64,000 bases of DNA from Polyangiales bacterium (GCA_038231275.1 JBBRLQ010000001.1:512001-576000); one strand, 5' to 3'; shown: positions 38,127 to 48,181, counted from the first letter of the stretch. Notes: generated from the letters alone by a model not told the origin. Made by a program: numbers and translations.

Positions 38127-39479
38127 ATGAGGCGTGCGGTCGTTGCGGTCGGGCTTGGGATGTGGGGCGCGGCGTGCACCTCTAGTCTCCCTGCGCAGCT
38201 CGTCACTGACGCGGGCACGCCGTCGACGGTCGACGCCGGCGCCGACGCGGACGCCGCAGCATGCGCGCCGCAGGCGTTCACCGACACGCTGCGCCCCAAG
38301 CGTGACGCGTGCACCTTCGCGGCGGGCGCCACGGCGGCGGACACGCTCGGCCTGACCGAAGACGCGCGAAAGGCGATCCCGATCAAGCACGTCATCGTGC
38401 TGATGAAGGAGAACCGCTCCTTCGATCACATCCTCGGCCAGCTCTCCAAGTCCGGCCAGGCCGACGCCGAGCCCGTGCCGGCGACCTGGGCCAGCGTCGA
38501 CAAGAACGGCGTGTCGGTCCCTCCTTCGCACGCCGCCACCACGTGCGCGAAGGCCGATCCGCCGCACCAGTGGACGAACATGCACGCCATGGTGAACGGC
38601 GGAAAGATGGACGGCTTCGTCACCAACGGGACCCTGTCCGATCCGCCGACGGACGGGCGCTTCACGATGGAGTTCTTGGACGCGACCGACATTCCTTTCT
38701 ACTACTGGCTCGCGAATACGTTCGCGGTCGCCGACCACCATTTTCCGTCCGTGCTCTCTGGAACGTGGGCGAACCGCGATTACCTCGTCGCGGCGACGTC
38801 GCACGGTACGAAGAACACGACGAGCGATCCGATGCTCAACGGCGTGCCGATCCTCTTCGACGCGCTCGAGCAGGCCGGCGTCACGTGGGAGGTGTACACC
38901 GACGATCTCGCGCCGCTCGAGTTCTCGGTGGCGTGGGGGAAGCGCAAGGTCTGGAAGCCGGTGCAGAAGCTCCTCGACGATCTCGCCGCCGGCACGCTGC
39001 CGTCCGTCGCGTTCGTCGACTCGACGAGCGATTTCACGCCGCCGGTGAGGGACGAGCATCCGCCGGCCGACGTGCAGGTCGGTGAGGCGTGGACGCGATC
39101 CATCTACGACGCGACCGTGAAGAGCCCGCTGTGGCCGACGACCGCGCTCTTCTACACGTACGACGAAGCGGGCGGCTTCGGCGATCACGTGCCGCCGCCC
39201 AAGAGCTGCGCGCCGAGCGCGGACCAGGCGGAGTTCACGGAGCTCGGCGTTCGCGTGCCGCTCGTCGTGGTGTCGCCGTTTGCGCGCCGTCACTTCGTCT
39301 CGCACGTCGTGCACGAGCACACGTCGATCCTCCGGTTCATCGAGGCGCTCTACGGACTGCCGGCGCTCACGGCGCGCGACGCGAACAGCGACGCGATGCT
39401 CGACATGTTCGATTTCGGCTGCGCGAGCACGGCGCCGCTCACCGATCCGCCGGTCGCCGGCACCGGGCGCTGCCCGTAG
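38127..39479 (+). CDS. Phosphoesterase / phospholipase C family lipoprotein
   Basis: IKHVIVLMKENRSFDH, TWANR, DEHPP, YDEAGGFGDHVPPP, LGVRVP. Confidence 0.9.
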   Translation: MRRAVVAVGLGMWGAACTSSLPAQLVTDAGTPSTVDAGADADAAACAPQAFTDTLRPKRDACTFAAGATAADTLGLTEDARKAIPIKHVIVLMKENRSFDHILGQLSKSGQADAEPVPATWASVDKNGVSVPPSHAATTCAKADPPHQWTNMHAMVNGGKMDGFVTNGTLSDPPTDGRFTMEFLDATDIPFYYWLANTFAVADHHFPSVLSGTWANRDYLVAATSHGTKNTTSDPMLNGVPILFDALEQAGVTWEVYTDDLAPLEFSVAWGKRKVWKPVQKLLDDLAAGTLPSVAFVDSTSDFTPPVRDEHPPADVQVGEAWTRSIYDATVKSPLWPTTALFYTYDEAGGFGDHVPPPKSCAPSADQAEFTELGVRVPLVVVSPFARRHFVSHVVHEHTSILRFIEALYGLPALTARDANSDAMLDMFDFGCASTAPLTDPPVAGTGRCP

Positions 39480-39635
39480 CGCCGTAGCCCCACGAGCCTC
39501 CGCCTGCATGTGCGAGGGAAACCGCATATCTCAAACCCCCTTGTTTTCGAGCTGATCGCCGAGATCGGCAACATTCGGCGGAACTATTCCCCGGCGTCCC
39601 TGTCCTATCCGCTCGAGAGGACGGGACAGGGAAAA

Positions 39636-41648
39636 ATGAACAAGCCGGCGCTCACGTTTTGCATCTATCAGGGGTCTACTTTGGTTCGTCGTGAGACGGT
39701 CCGTCAGGACATCGTCAAGATCGGCAAGGACCCCAAGAGCCACCTGCGCGTCGACTGCGACGTCGCGGCGCGGATGCACGCGGTCCTCGAGGTGAACGGC
39801 ACCGGCGACCTCACGCTGATCGATCTCGGCAACGAGCCGGGCACGCAGGTGAACGGTCAGCGCATCAACAAGTGCCACCTCCGCGTCGGCGACAAGGTGC
39901 AGATCGGCAGCTCGACGTTCGTCCTCGAGTCGGTCACCGACGCGCCGGCCACGAGCGACGTGCAGGTCCCCGCCTCGGCCGCGCCGCAAGCGGCTGCGAG
40001 CCCCGCGCCCCTTTTCAACGCGCCGCTCTTCGCGCCGCTGGCCCCCCAAAACCCGTTCCTCGCGCCGATGGTCCACGTCGCCGCGTCTCCGGTCCTCGCC
40101 GTCGAGCAGCTCGAGGGGGACGAAGGCTACGCGATGATCAAGAGCGGCCCGTCGCCGCACGCCGAGGAGGTCGAGCTCACGCACGTGTCGGCCATCGAGG
40201 TCATGATCAAGTGGGACACCAACGTCCTCCATGTCGCGCACCTCTCGCCGATCCGCTCCTTCTTCGTGGGCGAGCGCGACGTGAAGGGCCAGGCCTGTGA
40301 CTTCCTCCTCCCCGCCGACGTCCTCGGCGCGGCGCGTACTCCGGTCGTCGTCGAGCGCGCGGGTGGCGCGTGGCTCGTCGTGCCCCGCGGCGCGACCGGC
40401 ACCATCGCAATGCCGAATGAGGCGAGCGTCCCGGTGGCCGACATGATCGCCACTGGCCGCGCGCGTCCGTCGCTCGAGGTGAGCGGCGCGCACGAGGTCG
40501 AGCTCCTCCCCGGCACGCGCGCCAAGATCACGCTGCCGAACAGCGAGATCTCGTTCGACGTGAACGCAGTCAACGCCGGCAAGAAGGTCGCCGCCGGCTT
40601 CCTCGCGTCGATGGAAGCGAGCGCGTACCGCCACGTCGGGCTCTCGCTCTTCGCGCACCTCGGCATCGTCGCGTCGCTCGCCTTCTTCATGCCGCGCATG
40701 AGCGCCGACGACGCGGAGGGCATCGACCGCGAGTACATGTCGCACATGCTCCACGCCGCCGACGCGAACGCGCTCGTCGAGCAGGAGAAGCTCGACGAGC
40801 AGAAGACCGCCGACGATCTGGCGAGCGGCGGCGAGGGCAAGCGCGCGGAAAAGGAAGAGGGCCAGATGGGCAAGGACACCGCCCAGCCCGCGAACAAGCA
40901 CTGGTCGCTCGCCGGCCCCGCCGACACGAAGGACCCGAAGCTCGCGCGCGAGAAGGCGCTCCGTGAGGCGGCCGACTGGGGAATGATTGGTCTCCTCGCG
41001 ATGGATCGCGGCGCCGTCAACGCGCCGACCGCGGCGTGGGGCGACGACACGGCCATCGGCAAGGACGCGGCGAACCACCTCGGCCAGATGTGGGGCGCGG
41101 AAGCGGGTGACGCGTGGGGCCTCGGCGGCCTCGGCCTCTCCGGAGCCGGCGAGGGCGGCGGCGGCATCTACAAGGGCATCGGCCTCGACAAGATCGGCAC
41201 GCTCGGCCACGGCGGCGGCTGCATCGAGATGCCCGGCAAGCCCTGCGGCATCGGCTTCGGCCCCGGCGGCGAGGGCATCGGCCACGGCAGCAAGCTCCCG
41301 CGCGATCACACGCCCAAGGCGCTCCCGATTCGCGAGAGCAAGGTCGAGGTCAACGGCCGCCTCCCGCCCGAGGTCATCCAGCGCATCGTGCGCCAGAACT
41401 TCGGCCGCTTCCGCAACTGCTACGAGTCGAGCCTTCGTACGAACCCGAGCCTCACCGGCCGCGTCGCCGTGAAATTCGTGATCGGCCGTGACGGCAGCGT
41501 GATGATGGCGAGCGACGGCGGCTCGGACCTCCCGGATCAGGGCGTCGTGCAGTGCGTGACGCGCGGCTTCCAGAACCTGTCGTTCCCGTCCCCCGAGGGC
41601 GGCGTCGTCACCGTCGTCTACCCGCTCGTCTTCAGCCCCGCGGGCTGA
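39636..41648 (+). CDS. FHA + TM + AgmX/PglI (TonB-like) C-terminal domain protein (GltG-like)
   Basis: FHA (IKIG...RMHA..E...DLG...GTQVNG), TM, Gly-rich region, GRLPPEVIQRIVRQNFGRFRNCYE...YPLVFSP. Confidence 0.85.
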   Translation: MNKPALTFCIYQGSTLVRRETVRQDIVKIGKDPKSHLRVDCDVAARMHAVLEVNGTGDLTLIDLGNEPGTQVNGQRINKCHLRVGDKVQIGSSTFVLESVTDAPATSDVQVPASAAPQAAASPAPLFNAPLFAPLAPQNPFLAPMVHVAASPVLAVEQLEGDEGYAMIKSGPSPHAEEVELTHVSAIEVMIKWDTNVLHVAHLSPIRSFFVGERDVKGQACDFLLPADVLGAARTPVVVERAGGAWLVVPRGATGTIAMPNEASVPVADMIATGRARPSLEVSGAHEVELLPGTRAKITLPNSEISFDVNAVNAGKKVAAGFLASMEASAYRHVGLSLFAHLGIVASLAFFMPRMSADDAEGIDREYMSHMLHAADANALVEQEKLDEQKTADDLASGGEGKRAEKEEGQMGKDTAQPANKHWSLAGPADTKDPKLAREKALREAADWGMIGLLAMDRGAVNAPTAAWGDDTAIGKDAANHLGQMWGAEAGDAWGLGGLGLSGAGEGGGGIYKGIGLDKIGTLGHGGGCIEMPGKPCGIGFGPGGEGIGHGSKLPRDHTPKALPIRESKVEVNGRLPPEVIQRIVRQNFGRFRNCYESSLRTNPSLTGRVAVKFVIGRDGSVMMASDGGSDLPDQGVVQCVTRGFQNLSFPSPEGGVVTVVYPLVFSPAG

Positions 41649-41737
41649 GGTCGGCTCCCGCGAGACCTGCCGCGACCTGCGGCGTGGACAATCGGCCCTC
41701 CCGGCGTCATCCTTGGCGTCCGCGGAGGGCCGTCGCC

Positions 41738-42169
41738 ATGTCTCAGCAAGGAAGCCGCTTCAAGTCGTTCGAGGAGTTCTGGCCGTACTACGTCAAGGAG
41801 CACAGCAAGAAGTCGACGCGCGTGCTGCACTTCATCGGCACGACCGCGGCGATGGCCTGCGTCGCCGGCGGCCTCCTCACGAAGCGACGCTGGCTCCTCG
41901 CCGTCGCGCCGTTCGCGGGCTACGGCCCCGCGTGGGTCAGCCACTTCTTCATCGAAAAGAACCGCCCCGCCACGTTCACGTACCCGCTCTGGAGCCTCAA
42001 GGCGGATCTCGTCATGTGGAGCAAGATGGCGATGGGGAAGATGGACGCCGAGGTCCAGCGCGTCCTCGCCGCGGACGAGGCCGTGAAGGACGCGTCCGAG
42101 AAGGGCGAGCGTGAGGCGCGTGAGGATGGCCCGGTTCGCGTCGACGCCCCGTCCGGCACGGTGAACTGA
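41738..42169 (+). CDS. DUF962/Mpo1-like membrane protein
   Basis: FEEFWPYY..EH, LHFIGT, GYGPAWVSHFFIEKNRPATFTYP. Confidence 0.88.
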   Translation: MSQQGSRFKSFEEFWPYYVKEHSKKSTRVLHFIGTTAAMACVAGGLLTKRRWLLAVAPFAGYGPAWVSHFFIEKNRPATFTYPLWSLKADLVMWSKMAMGKMDAEVQRVLAADEAVKDASEKGEREAREDGPVRVDAPSGTVN

Positions 42170-42239
42170 AGGACGGCGACGGGGTCGGGCGCGCCGTCGG
42201 CGAGGCGCAGTAACCGGCTGGAAGTTCGACACGATCGGC

Positions 42240-43022
42240 TCAGGGGCAGCTCGCCTTGCACACGCCGTCGACGCACATCGTGCCGGCGCAGCACGCGGAG
42301 TAATCGGTCGTGCAGGTGCCGCACGCGGAGACCGAGATGCCGCGCGACGCGAAGTCGATGCACGTACCGGTCGTCTCACCGCTGCACGCGCACGGTTCGC
42401 CGCCGTCGCCTGCCTGACAGCGCCGCGCCGACGCGCACACGCGCCCGTTTCCGCAATCCGCGGATGCGCTGCAGGTCACGGGCGGCGCGGAGGGAACGGT
42501 GCACGCGTCGCCCTTCACGCAGACGTTTCCGCAGACGTCGCCCGAGCAGCACGCGCCGCTGGGGCACGCGTGGCAGATCCCTTCGCGCGTGCACACGCCG
42601 CAGAGGACCACGCCGGTCGCGCATCCGACGGCGGTGTTGGTGGTCGCAGAGGGGCACGCGTCGCCGGTGCAGCACGGCGTGTCGATCGGAACGCACGCCG
42701 CGCCGCAGTGATGTTGGCCCGCAGGGCAGTCGAGGCTCCCCGTCGTGCCGGCGCCGCCGCAACAGAACGCGCTCGCCGCGCCGCCTGCGACGCACGCGCG
42801 CGCCGCGCGGAGGAAGCACCCGAAGGTGCCCTCGCAGTACGAGCTCGTCACGCCGGTCCCGTCGTCGCAGCAAACGGTCCCTGCGGGGCGACATCCGTTG
42901 CCGCACGGAGCCTGGCCGACGTCGCATCCGACGGCTTGGCGCGTGTTCGCGGGAGCCGTCCCCTTCGAGGCGCATGCGACCACGACGAGGGCGACGGCCG
43001 CGATGACTGAGGCGCCGCGCAT
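42240..43022 (-). CDS. Cysteine-rich lipoprotein
   Basis: MRGASVIAAVALVVVAC lipobox; many C and CC motifs. Confidence 0.75.
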   Translation of the reverse strand: MRGASVIAAVALVVVACASKGTAPANTRQAVGCDVGQAPCGNGCRPAGTVCCDDGTGVTSSYCEGTFGCFLRAARACVAGGAASAFCCGGAGTTGSLDCPAGQHHCGAACVPIDTPCCTGDACPSATTNTAVGCATGVVLCGVCTREGICHACPSGACCSGDVCGNVCVKGDACTVPSAPPVTCSASADCGNGRVCASARRCQAGDGGEPCACSGETTGTCIDFASRGISVSACGTCTTDYSACCAGTMCVDGVCKASCP

Positions 43023-43220
43023 CCTCTTGAATTTAGCCAGATCCTGCGCGAACCGCCACGCCGTCGCGCACGAAATGGCACGCTCTTCACGACACCGATG
43101 TCGCGTTTCCCCGGCGCATGGATCGGCGCTACCCTGGATTCGCCAGAGAATTCGGGCGCGGCACACCTCCTGCGTAGGGGCATGCACAACGTGACTCGAT
43201 TCGAGGAGAAGGTTTTCATC

Positions 43221-44318
43221 ATGAACGGGCTCGGCAAAGCTCTCGCACTGGTCCTCCCGCTCGCGGCCGTCTGGACCGGCTGCATCACCCACCACGCCGA
43301 TCCGCCGATCACCGATCCCGCCGCGCTCACTCCGCCCGCCGCGGGCAGCGGCTTTCAGATCAAGACCGACAGCTTCGAGATCGCGGCCGGCGTCGAGGAG
43401 CAGGATTGTTACTTCTTCAAGGTCGGCGACGTCGCCGCCGCCGCGGGGATGCCCGCCGGTCAGCCGGTGAATTTGCACCGCGTGCAGATCGTTCAGAAGG
43501 AGGGCAGCCACCACATGAACATCTTCCGCGTGCGGAGCATCAAGGGCCTCGACCCGACGAAGGGCACCGTGCGCGGGCATGACACGACGAGCGAGTGCTT
43601 CAAGAGCCCGAACTGGAGCGACTGGCCGCTCGTCGCGAACACGCAGCAGAAGGGCGACATCGACTGGACGTATCCGGACGGCGTCGCCAACGTGCTCCAG
43701 GCCGACGAGTGGCTGATGCTCCAGACCCACTACGTGAACGCGACCACGCAGAAGGTGCCCGACAACAAGGGCGCCGTCTCCGTGAACTTCTACGCGCTCC
43801 CGCAGAACGAGGTGAAGTACGAGCTCGGCACGGTCTTCGCGAGCAAGCAGTCCATCCGCATCTGCTCGAAGAACCCGACGCCGACGTTCGAAGGCAGCTG
43901 CCAGATCAAGAGCGCGTCGCCGGTCACCGTCATCGGCGCGAACGGCCACTTCCACGGCCGCGGCAAGGAGTTCGCGATCTACTCGTGGGACGGGAAATCG
44001 ACGACGACGCCCGCCGAGTCGCAGCGCTTCTACACGTCGCAGCAGTGGGACGATCCGCCGATGCTTCGCTCGCCGTCGCTGACCGCGGACCTGCCGGCGA
44101 ACGGCGGCATCTGGTACTCGTGCTCGTACCAGTGGGCGCCGCCGGAGCCGTCCGCGGGCGGCTGCGACGCGCTGAACGCGTACGACGCGACCAAATACCA
44201 GACGCCCGCCGATCAGCAGGACTGCTGCTACACGTTCGGCCCGATCGTCGAGAAGAACGAGCACTGCAACGCGTTCGTCTACTACTACCCGAAGCAGGAC
44301 AACATCGCCTGCAACTAG
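43221..44318 (+). CDS. Copper type II monooxygenase-like lipoprotein (CuM Met replaced by His)
   Basis: Lipobox WTGC; SHH...THYVN; GHFH...NEHC. Confidence 0.72.
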   Translation: MNGLGKALALVLPLAAVWTGCITHHADPPITDPAALTPPAAGSGFQIKTDSFEIAAGVEEQDCYFFKVGDVAAAAGMPAGQPVNLHRVQIVQKEGSHHMNIFRVRSIKGLDPTKGTVRGHDTTSECFKSPNWSDWPLVANTQQKGDIDWTYPDGVANVLQADEWLMLQTHYVNATTQKVPDNKGAVSVNFYALPQNEVKYELGTVFASKQSIRICSKNPTPTFEGSCQIKSASPVTVIGANGHFHGRGKEFAIYSWDGKSTTTPAESQRFYTSQQWDDPPMLRSPSLTADLPANGGIWYSCSYQWAPPEPSAGGCDALNAYDATKYQTPADQQDCCYTFGPIVEKNEHCNAFVYYYPKQDNIACN

Positions 44319-44326
44319 GTCCGCCC

Positions 44327-45010
44327 GTGCTTCGCGCTTTCTTACCCGCCATCCCGCTCGTCCTCGTGTTCTCCGTGTCGGCGTGCAGCCCGAGCAGCGC
44401 GGGGCCGGGGAAGAGCGACGCCGCGCCCGAAGGCGGCAGCTGCGGCGTCGCGTTCCTCGGCGATCCGACGAAGGACATCGAGTTCGAGTTTCGCGCGCTT
44501 CACGCCGACGGGACCGACGCGCCGCTGGCCGATCAGGGAGATCTCGCGCTCATCTTTCCGCCGCAGGGCGGGCGCGTGGCGTTCGTCGGAGTGCGCGCGA
44601 CGAACCTCGATCCGTGCGGCGTGCAGCTCACCGGCGCGCTGCGTGACGAGCCGACGCAGCAGGTGCGCGTCGACGCGCGCACGGTGAACCTCCTGTCCTC
44701 CGGCGACGGGTGGGGCACGAGCGCGCCACCGTCGCAGACCATCTCCGCCGCGCGCGACACGTACTCGAACGTACCGCTCTGCCCGAATCAGTGGGCGTCG
44801 ACCGACGTGTTCGACCATGAATTTCAACTCGAGGTCACCTTGAAGGATCGCGGAAAGCGCACGATGACGAAATCGATCAAGGTCACGCCGCGCTGCGCGG
44901 AGCCGGGGCGCACGGTCGAGTGCCGTTGCATCTGCAAAGTCGGCTACGTGCTGGGCGAGGCGTGCGGCGTCGAGGACGGGGGCGTCGACGACGCGGCGGG
45001 GGGCGGATGA
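44327..45010 (+). CDS. Lipoprotein, hypothetical
   Basis: GTG start, lipobox VSAC, PPQGG motif, Cys-rich C-terminus; stop overlaps the next ATG. Confidence 0.7.
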   Translation: MLRAFLPAIPLVLVFSVSACSPSSAGPGKSDAAPEGGSCGVAFLGDPTKDIEFEFRALHADGTDAPLADQGDLALIFPPQGGRVAFVGVRATNLDPCGVQLTGALRDEPTQQVRVDARTVNLLSSGDGWGTSAPPSQTISAARDTYSNVPLCPNQWASTDVFDHEFQLEVTLKDRGKRTMTKSIKVTPRCAEPGRTVECRCICKVGYVLGEACGVEDGGVDDAAGGG

Positions 45011-46086
45011 ACCGCACGATCACGTTCGTTGCCGGCGCGGCCTTCGCGCTCGCTTTGTCGGCGTGCCCGGGCGGGACCAACCCCGTCACGATCAACGACG
45101 CCGGGCCCGACGCGCAAGTCGACGCCGGCCCGCGCGAGTGGAAGGTAGTGCTGCAGAAGCTCGACGGCGCGCTCCTCAGCATTTGGGGATCGAGCGCCAC
45201 GGACGTGTACGCCGTTGGTGGCCCGCACGGCAACGCCGGCTTCAATGCGCTCGTGATGCACTTCGACGGCGCGACGTGGAAGCGCCTCGACGCCGCAAAC
45301 ACCGACACGTACTGGTGGGTCTACGGCATCGGGCCGAAGGATGTGTGGATGACCGGCGAAAATGGCCGGATCTCCCACTGGGACGGCGCAGCGTTCAAGC
45401 ATTACGCCTCGGGAACGACGGCGACGATCTTCGGCGTGTGGGCGGCGTCGGCGACCGAAGCGTGGGCGGTCGGCGGCACACCCGGCGCGACCGGCAGCGA
45501 TCCGAACGATCTGCTCCTTCACTTCGATGGCACGACCTGGTCGCCGTCGCCGCTCCCGAAGAAGCTCGGTCGCACGTATTTCAAAGTATGGGGCACCGGG
45601 CCCGACGACGTGTTCGTCGTGGGCGAGGCGGGGACGATCTGGCACCGCACCGGCGGCGCGTGGACGCTCATGAGCGAGCCTCCCGTCGCGCACGGCACGC
45701 TCCTCACCGTGCACGGCTGCGCGCCGAACGACGTGTACGCGGTCGGCTCGCGCGACGTCCTCCACTACGACGGCGCCGCGTGGAAGCCCGAGCCCGTCAC
45801 GCTCTTGAACGACGTGAACGGCGTGTCGTGCGGCGCGCGCAACGGCGCCGGCGAGGTGCTCATCGTCGGCAGCGGCGGCTTGCGCCAGCGTCGCGAAGAA
45901 GCCGCGTGGCAAGACGACTTCGGCGCGCCGCCGTACAAGGATTTGCACGGGGCATGGGTCGATCCGAAAGGTGGCCTCTGGGCGGTCGGTGGCGATTTCG
46001 TCGCGCAGCCGCAGCCCAACGTCACGCGCGACGGCGTGATCGCGCACTACGGCGACACGGACGTGCCCACGACGATCACGCCATAA
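45007..46086 (+). CDS. Beta-propeller repeat lipoprotein
   Basis: Lipobox LSAC; repeated WG...DV(W/Y)AVG...HFDG..W units. Confidence 0.8.
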   Translation: MNRTITFVAGAAFALALSACPGGTNPVTINDAGPDAQVDAGPREWKVVLQKLDGALLSIWGSSATDVYAVGGPHGNAGFNALVMHFDGATWKRLDAANTDTYWWVYGIGPKDVWMTGENGRISHWDGAAFKHYASGTTATIFGVWAASATEAWAVGGTPGATGSDPNDLLLHFDGTTWSPSPLPKKLGRTYFKVWGTGPDDVFVVGEAGTIWHRTGGAWTLMSEPPVAHGTLLTVHGCAPNDVYAVGSRDVLHYDGAAWKPEPVTLLNDVNGVSCGARNGAGEVLIVGSGGLRQRREEAAWQDDFGAPPYKDLHGAWVDPKGGLWAVGGDFVAQPQPNVTRDGVIAHYGDTDVPTTITP

Positions 46087-46136
46087 ACCGCCCGCGCGGC
46101 GCGAAATTGACGGCGAAAAGGCGCTATTCTGAGCTC

Positions 46137-46874
46137 GTGGCGCGCGTCCTTCAGCACATCGTCGAAGATCCGCGCCCATGCTCTTACCTGTCCGAGGTGA
46201 AGGCGAGCCTCGAGGTTCGCGTGCTCGTGGACGTCGTGCCCCAGGAGCTCGAAGCGCTGCTCGAGCGCGGGTGGCGTCGCTTCGGCGCCGTCTACTTTCG
46301 CCCCGCCTGCTCGCCGTGCGGCGAGTGCGTCACGCTGCGCATCGTCGTCGCCGACTTCGCACCGAGCAAGAGTCAGCGCCGCGCGGCGAAGGCGACCGCG
46401 CATCTCCGCCGTGTCGTCGGCAAACCGGTCGTCGACCCCAAGCGCCTCGCGCTCTACGAGAAGTGGCACTCGAATCGCGAATCGTCGCGCGGCTGGGAGC
46501 CGAGCGAGATCGACGCCGAGCGCTACAAGAACGACTTCGCATTCCCGCACCCCTGCGCGCGCGAGGTCACGTTTTACGACGACGACGCGAAGAAGCTCGT
46601 CGGCGTCGGCCTCGTCGACGAGACGCCGCGCGCCTTCTCGGCGGCGTATTTTTATTACGATCCGGAGTACGCGAAGATATCGCTCGGCACCGCGAACGTG
46701 CTCGGCCTCGTCGACGACGCGAAGCGCAAGGGCAAGCCGCACGTCTACCTCGGCTACCGCGTCCGCGGGTGCGCGTCGCTGGCGTACAAGGAGTCGTTCG
46801 GCCCCCACGAGCTGCTCGTTGGCCGGCCGGAGCTGAGCGAGCGCCCCGAGTGGCGACCTGCGGAGGGGACCTAG
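46137..46874 (+). CDS. Arginyl-tRNA-protein transferase-like (Bpt/ATE1) aminoacyl transferase
   Basis: PCSYL, GWRRFG..FRP.C..C..C..LR, YYDP, SLGT, YLGY....C..L.YK. Confidence 0.88.
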   Translation: MARVLQHIVEDPRPCSYLSEVKASLEVRVLVDVVPQELEALLERGWRRFGAVYFRPACSPCGECVTLRIVVADFAPSKSQRRAAKATAHLRRVVGKPVVDPKRLALYEKWHSNRESSRGWEPSEIDAERYKNDFAFPHPCAREVTFYDDDAKKLVGVGLVDETPRAFSAAYFYYDPEYAKISLGTANVLGLVDDAKRKGKPHVYLGYRVRGCASLAYKESFGPHELLVGRPELSERPEWRPAEGT

Positions 46875-47044
46875 TCGTGGTGAAGAAAGCCGTGCGCGCG
46901 CTGTCGGCGACGGTGTGGCGGTCGTGCTGAAAGCGCATCCACGCCCCACGCGGCAACGCGCCGCTGCGCCGATCGAGGCGCACTTTCGGCTGCGGAGGGG
47001 GAAGGCCTAGAAGGTGCACCCCGCAACGCTGGACCTATCAATCC

Positions 47045-47905
47045 TTGCGAGACCCACGACGAAGCTGCGCGCTCCTCCTGGGCCTCCTTTGTCCGGCGTG
47101 TTCCTTTCCCGACGTTCGCTACGCGATCGAGGACGGAGGGTCTCTTGACTCCTCCGTCGATGCGCCGCCCGAGGCCGCGGATGTCGACGCCGCCGCCGAC
47201 GCTGACGCGGCCCCGGCCATCGACGCATCAGAGGGCGACGCGGCGGACACCGGACCCGATGCGCTGGACGCGGAGGCCGGAGTGCCCGGTCCTTCGCTGG
47301 GGCAGGCGGCGAAATTCGCGGTTCTCGCCGGCACGACGGTGACGAACACCGGGCCGAGCTCCATCGTCGGAGACCTCGGCGTCGCCCCGGGCACCGCGGT
47401 CACAGGCATCACGCCGGCGATGGTCGTGGGGGCCATTCACGCGGGTGACGCCGCCGCCCTCGCGGCCCAGCAGGATTTGACGGGCGCGAACAACGCCCTG
47501 CGACGCGACGCGTGCACGACCGATCTGACCGGCAGCGATCTCGGCGGTCGCACGCTGACCTCGGGCGTGTACTGTTTTCCGACGTCGGACGCGAAGCTCA
47601 CGGGGACGCTCGTCCTCGACGCCAAGGGCGACGCGCGCGCGGTTTTCATTTTTCAGATGGCGCTGGCGTTCTCGACGACGGCGACCTCGCGCGTGCAGCT
47701 CGTCGGCGGTGCGGTTGCGTGCAACGTCTTCTGGCAGGTCGGCAGCTCCGCGACGATCGGCGGCGCGAGCACGTTCGCCGGAAACATCCTGGCGACCACG
47801 AGCATCACCCTCGGCGCAGGCGTCCTCGTGGACGGGCGAGCCCTCGCGCTGAACGGCGCGGTGACGATGGACACCAGCACCGTCTCCCTAATGGCCTGTC
47901 CCTAG
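47045..47905 (+). CDS. DUF3494 ice-binding-family lipoprotein
   Basis: FAVLAGTTVTNTG.S.I.GDLGVAPGTA, LTSGVY, VFIFQ, NVFWQVGSSAT; acidic linker. Confidence 0.88.
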   Translation: MRDPRRSCALLLGLLCPACSFPDVRYAIEDGGSLDSSVDAPPEAADVDAAADADAAPAIDASEGDAADTGPDALDAEAGVPGPSLGQAAKFAVLAGTTVTNTGPSSIVGDLGVAPGTAVTGITPAMVVGAIHAGDAAALAAQQDLTGANNALRRDACTTDLTGSDLGGRTLTSGVYCFPTSDAKLTGTLVLDAKGDARAVFIFQMALAFSTTATSRVQLVGGAVACNVFWQVGSSATIGGASTFAGNILATTSITLGAGVLVDGRALALNGAVTMDTSTVSLMACP

Positions 47906-47974
47906 CTGCCCCAGCAGCGCGGCGGCGTGCGGAGGAGGCGTAGTCGGGTAGACTGGCGGGAGCGAAGCTCACCA

Positions 47975-48055
47975 GCACGGGTGGCGAAATGGCAGACGCA
48001 GCGGATTTAGGTTCCGCCGCCGAAAGGCGTGGGGGTTCAAGTCCCCCCCCGTGCA
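47975..48055 (+). tRNA. tRNA-Leu (anticodon TAG)
   Basis: Acceptor stem GCACGGG/CCCGTGC, anticodon arm GCGGA-TTTAGGT-TCCGC, long variable arm, GGTTCAAGTCC T-loop; CCA not encoded. Confidence 0.95.
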
Positions 48056-48181
48056 CTTTTGAGGGGTTGGCGCTGAAACCTGCGCCGTCGCCTCACCGTT
48101 TGCCGCCGCGGTTGCCGCCGCGAACACGGCGGCAGCGTTGACGGCGGCCAGCTCCGGGACGATCCCGGCGAAGTCGGAGAA

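Noticed and set aside
37626-39527. N-terminal extension making a 1252-aa ORF
   Set aside because: It is antisense to the phosphoesterase and the small acidic gene; the real gene starts at a signal peptide at 37625
43076-43090. TGGCACGCTCTTCAC as a sigma-54 promoter
   Set aside because: Good -24 element but it lacks the GC at -12
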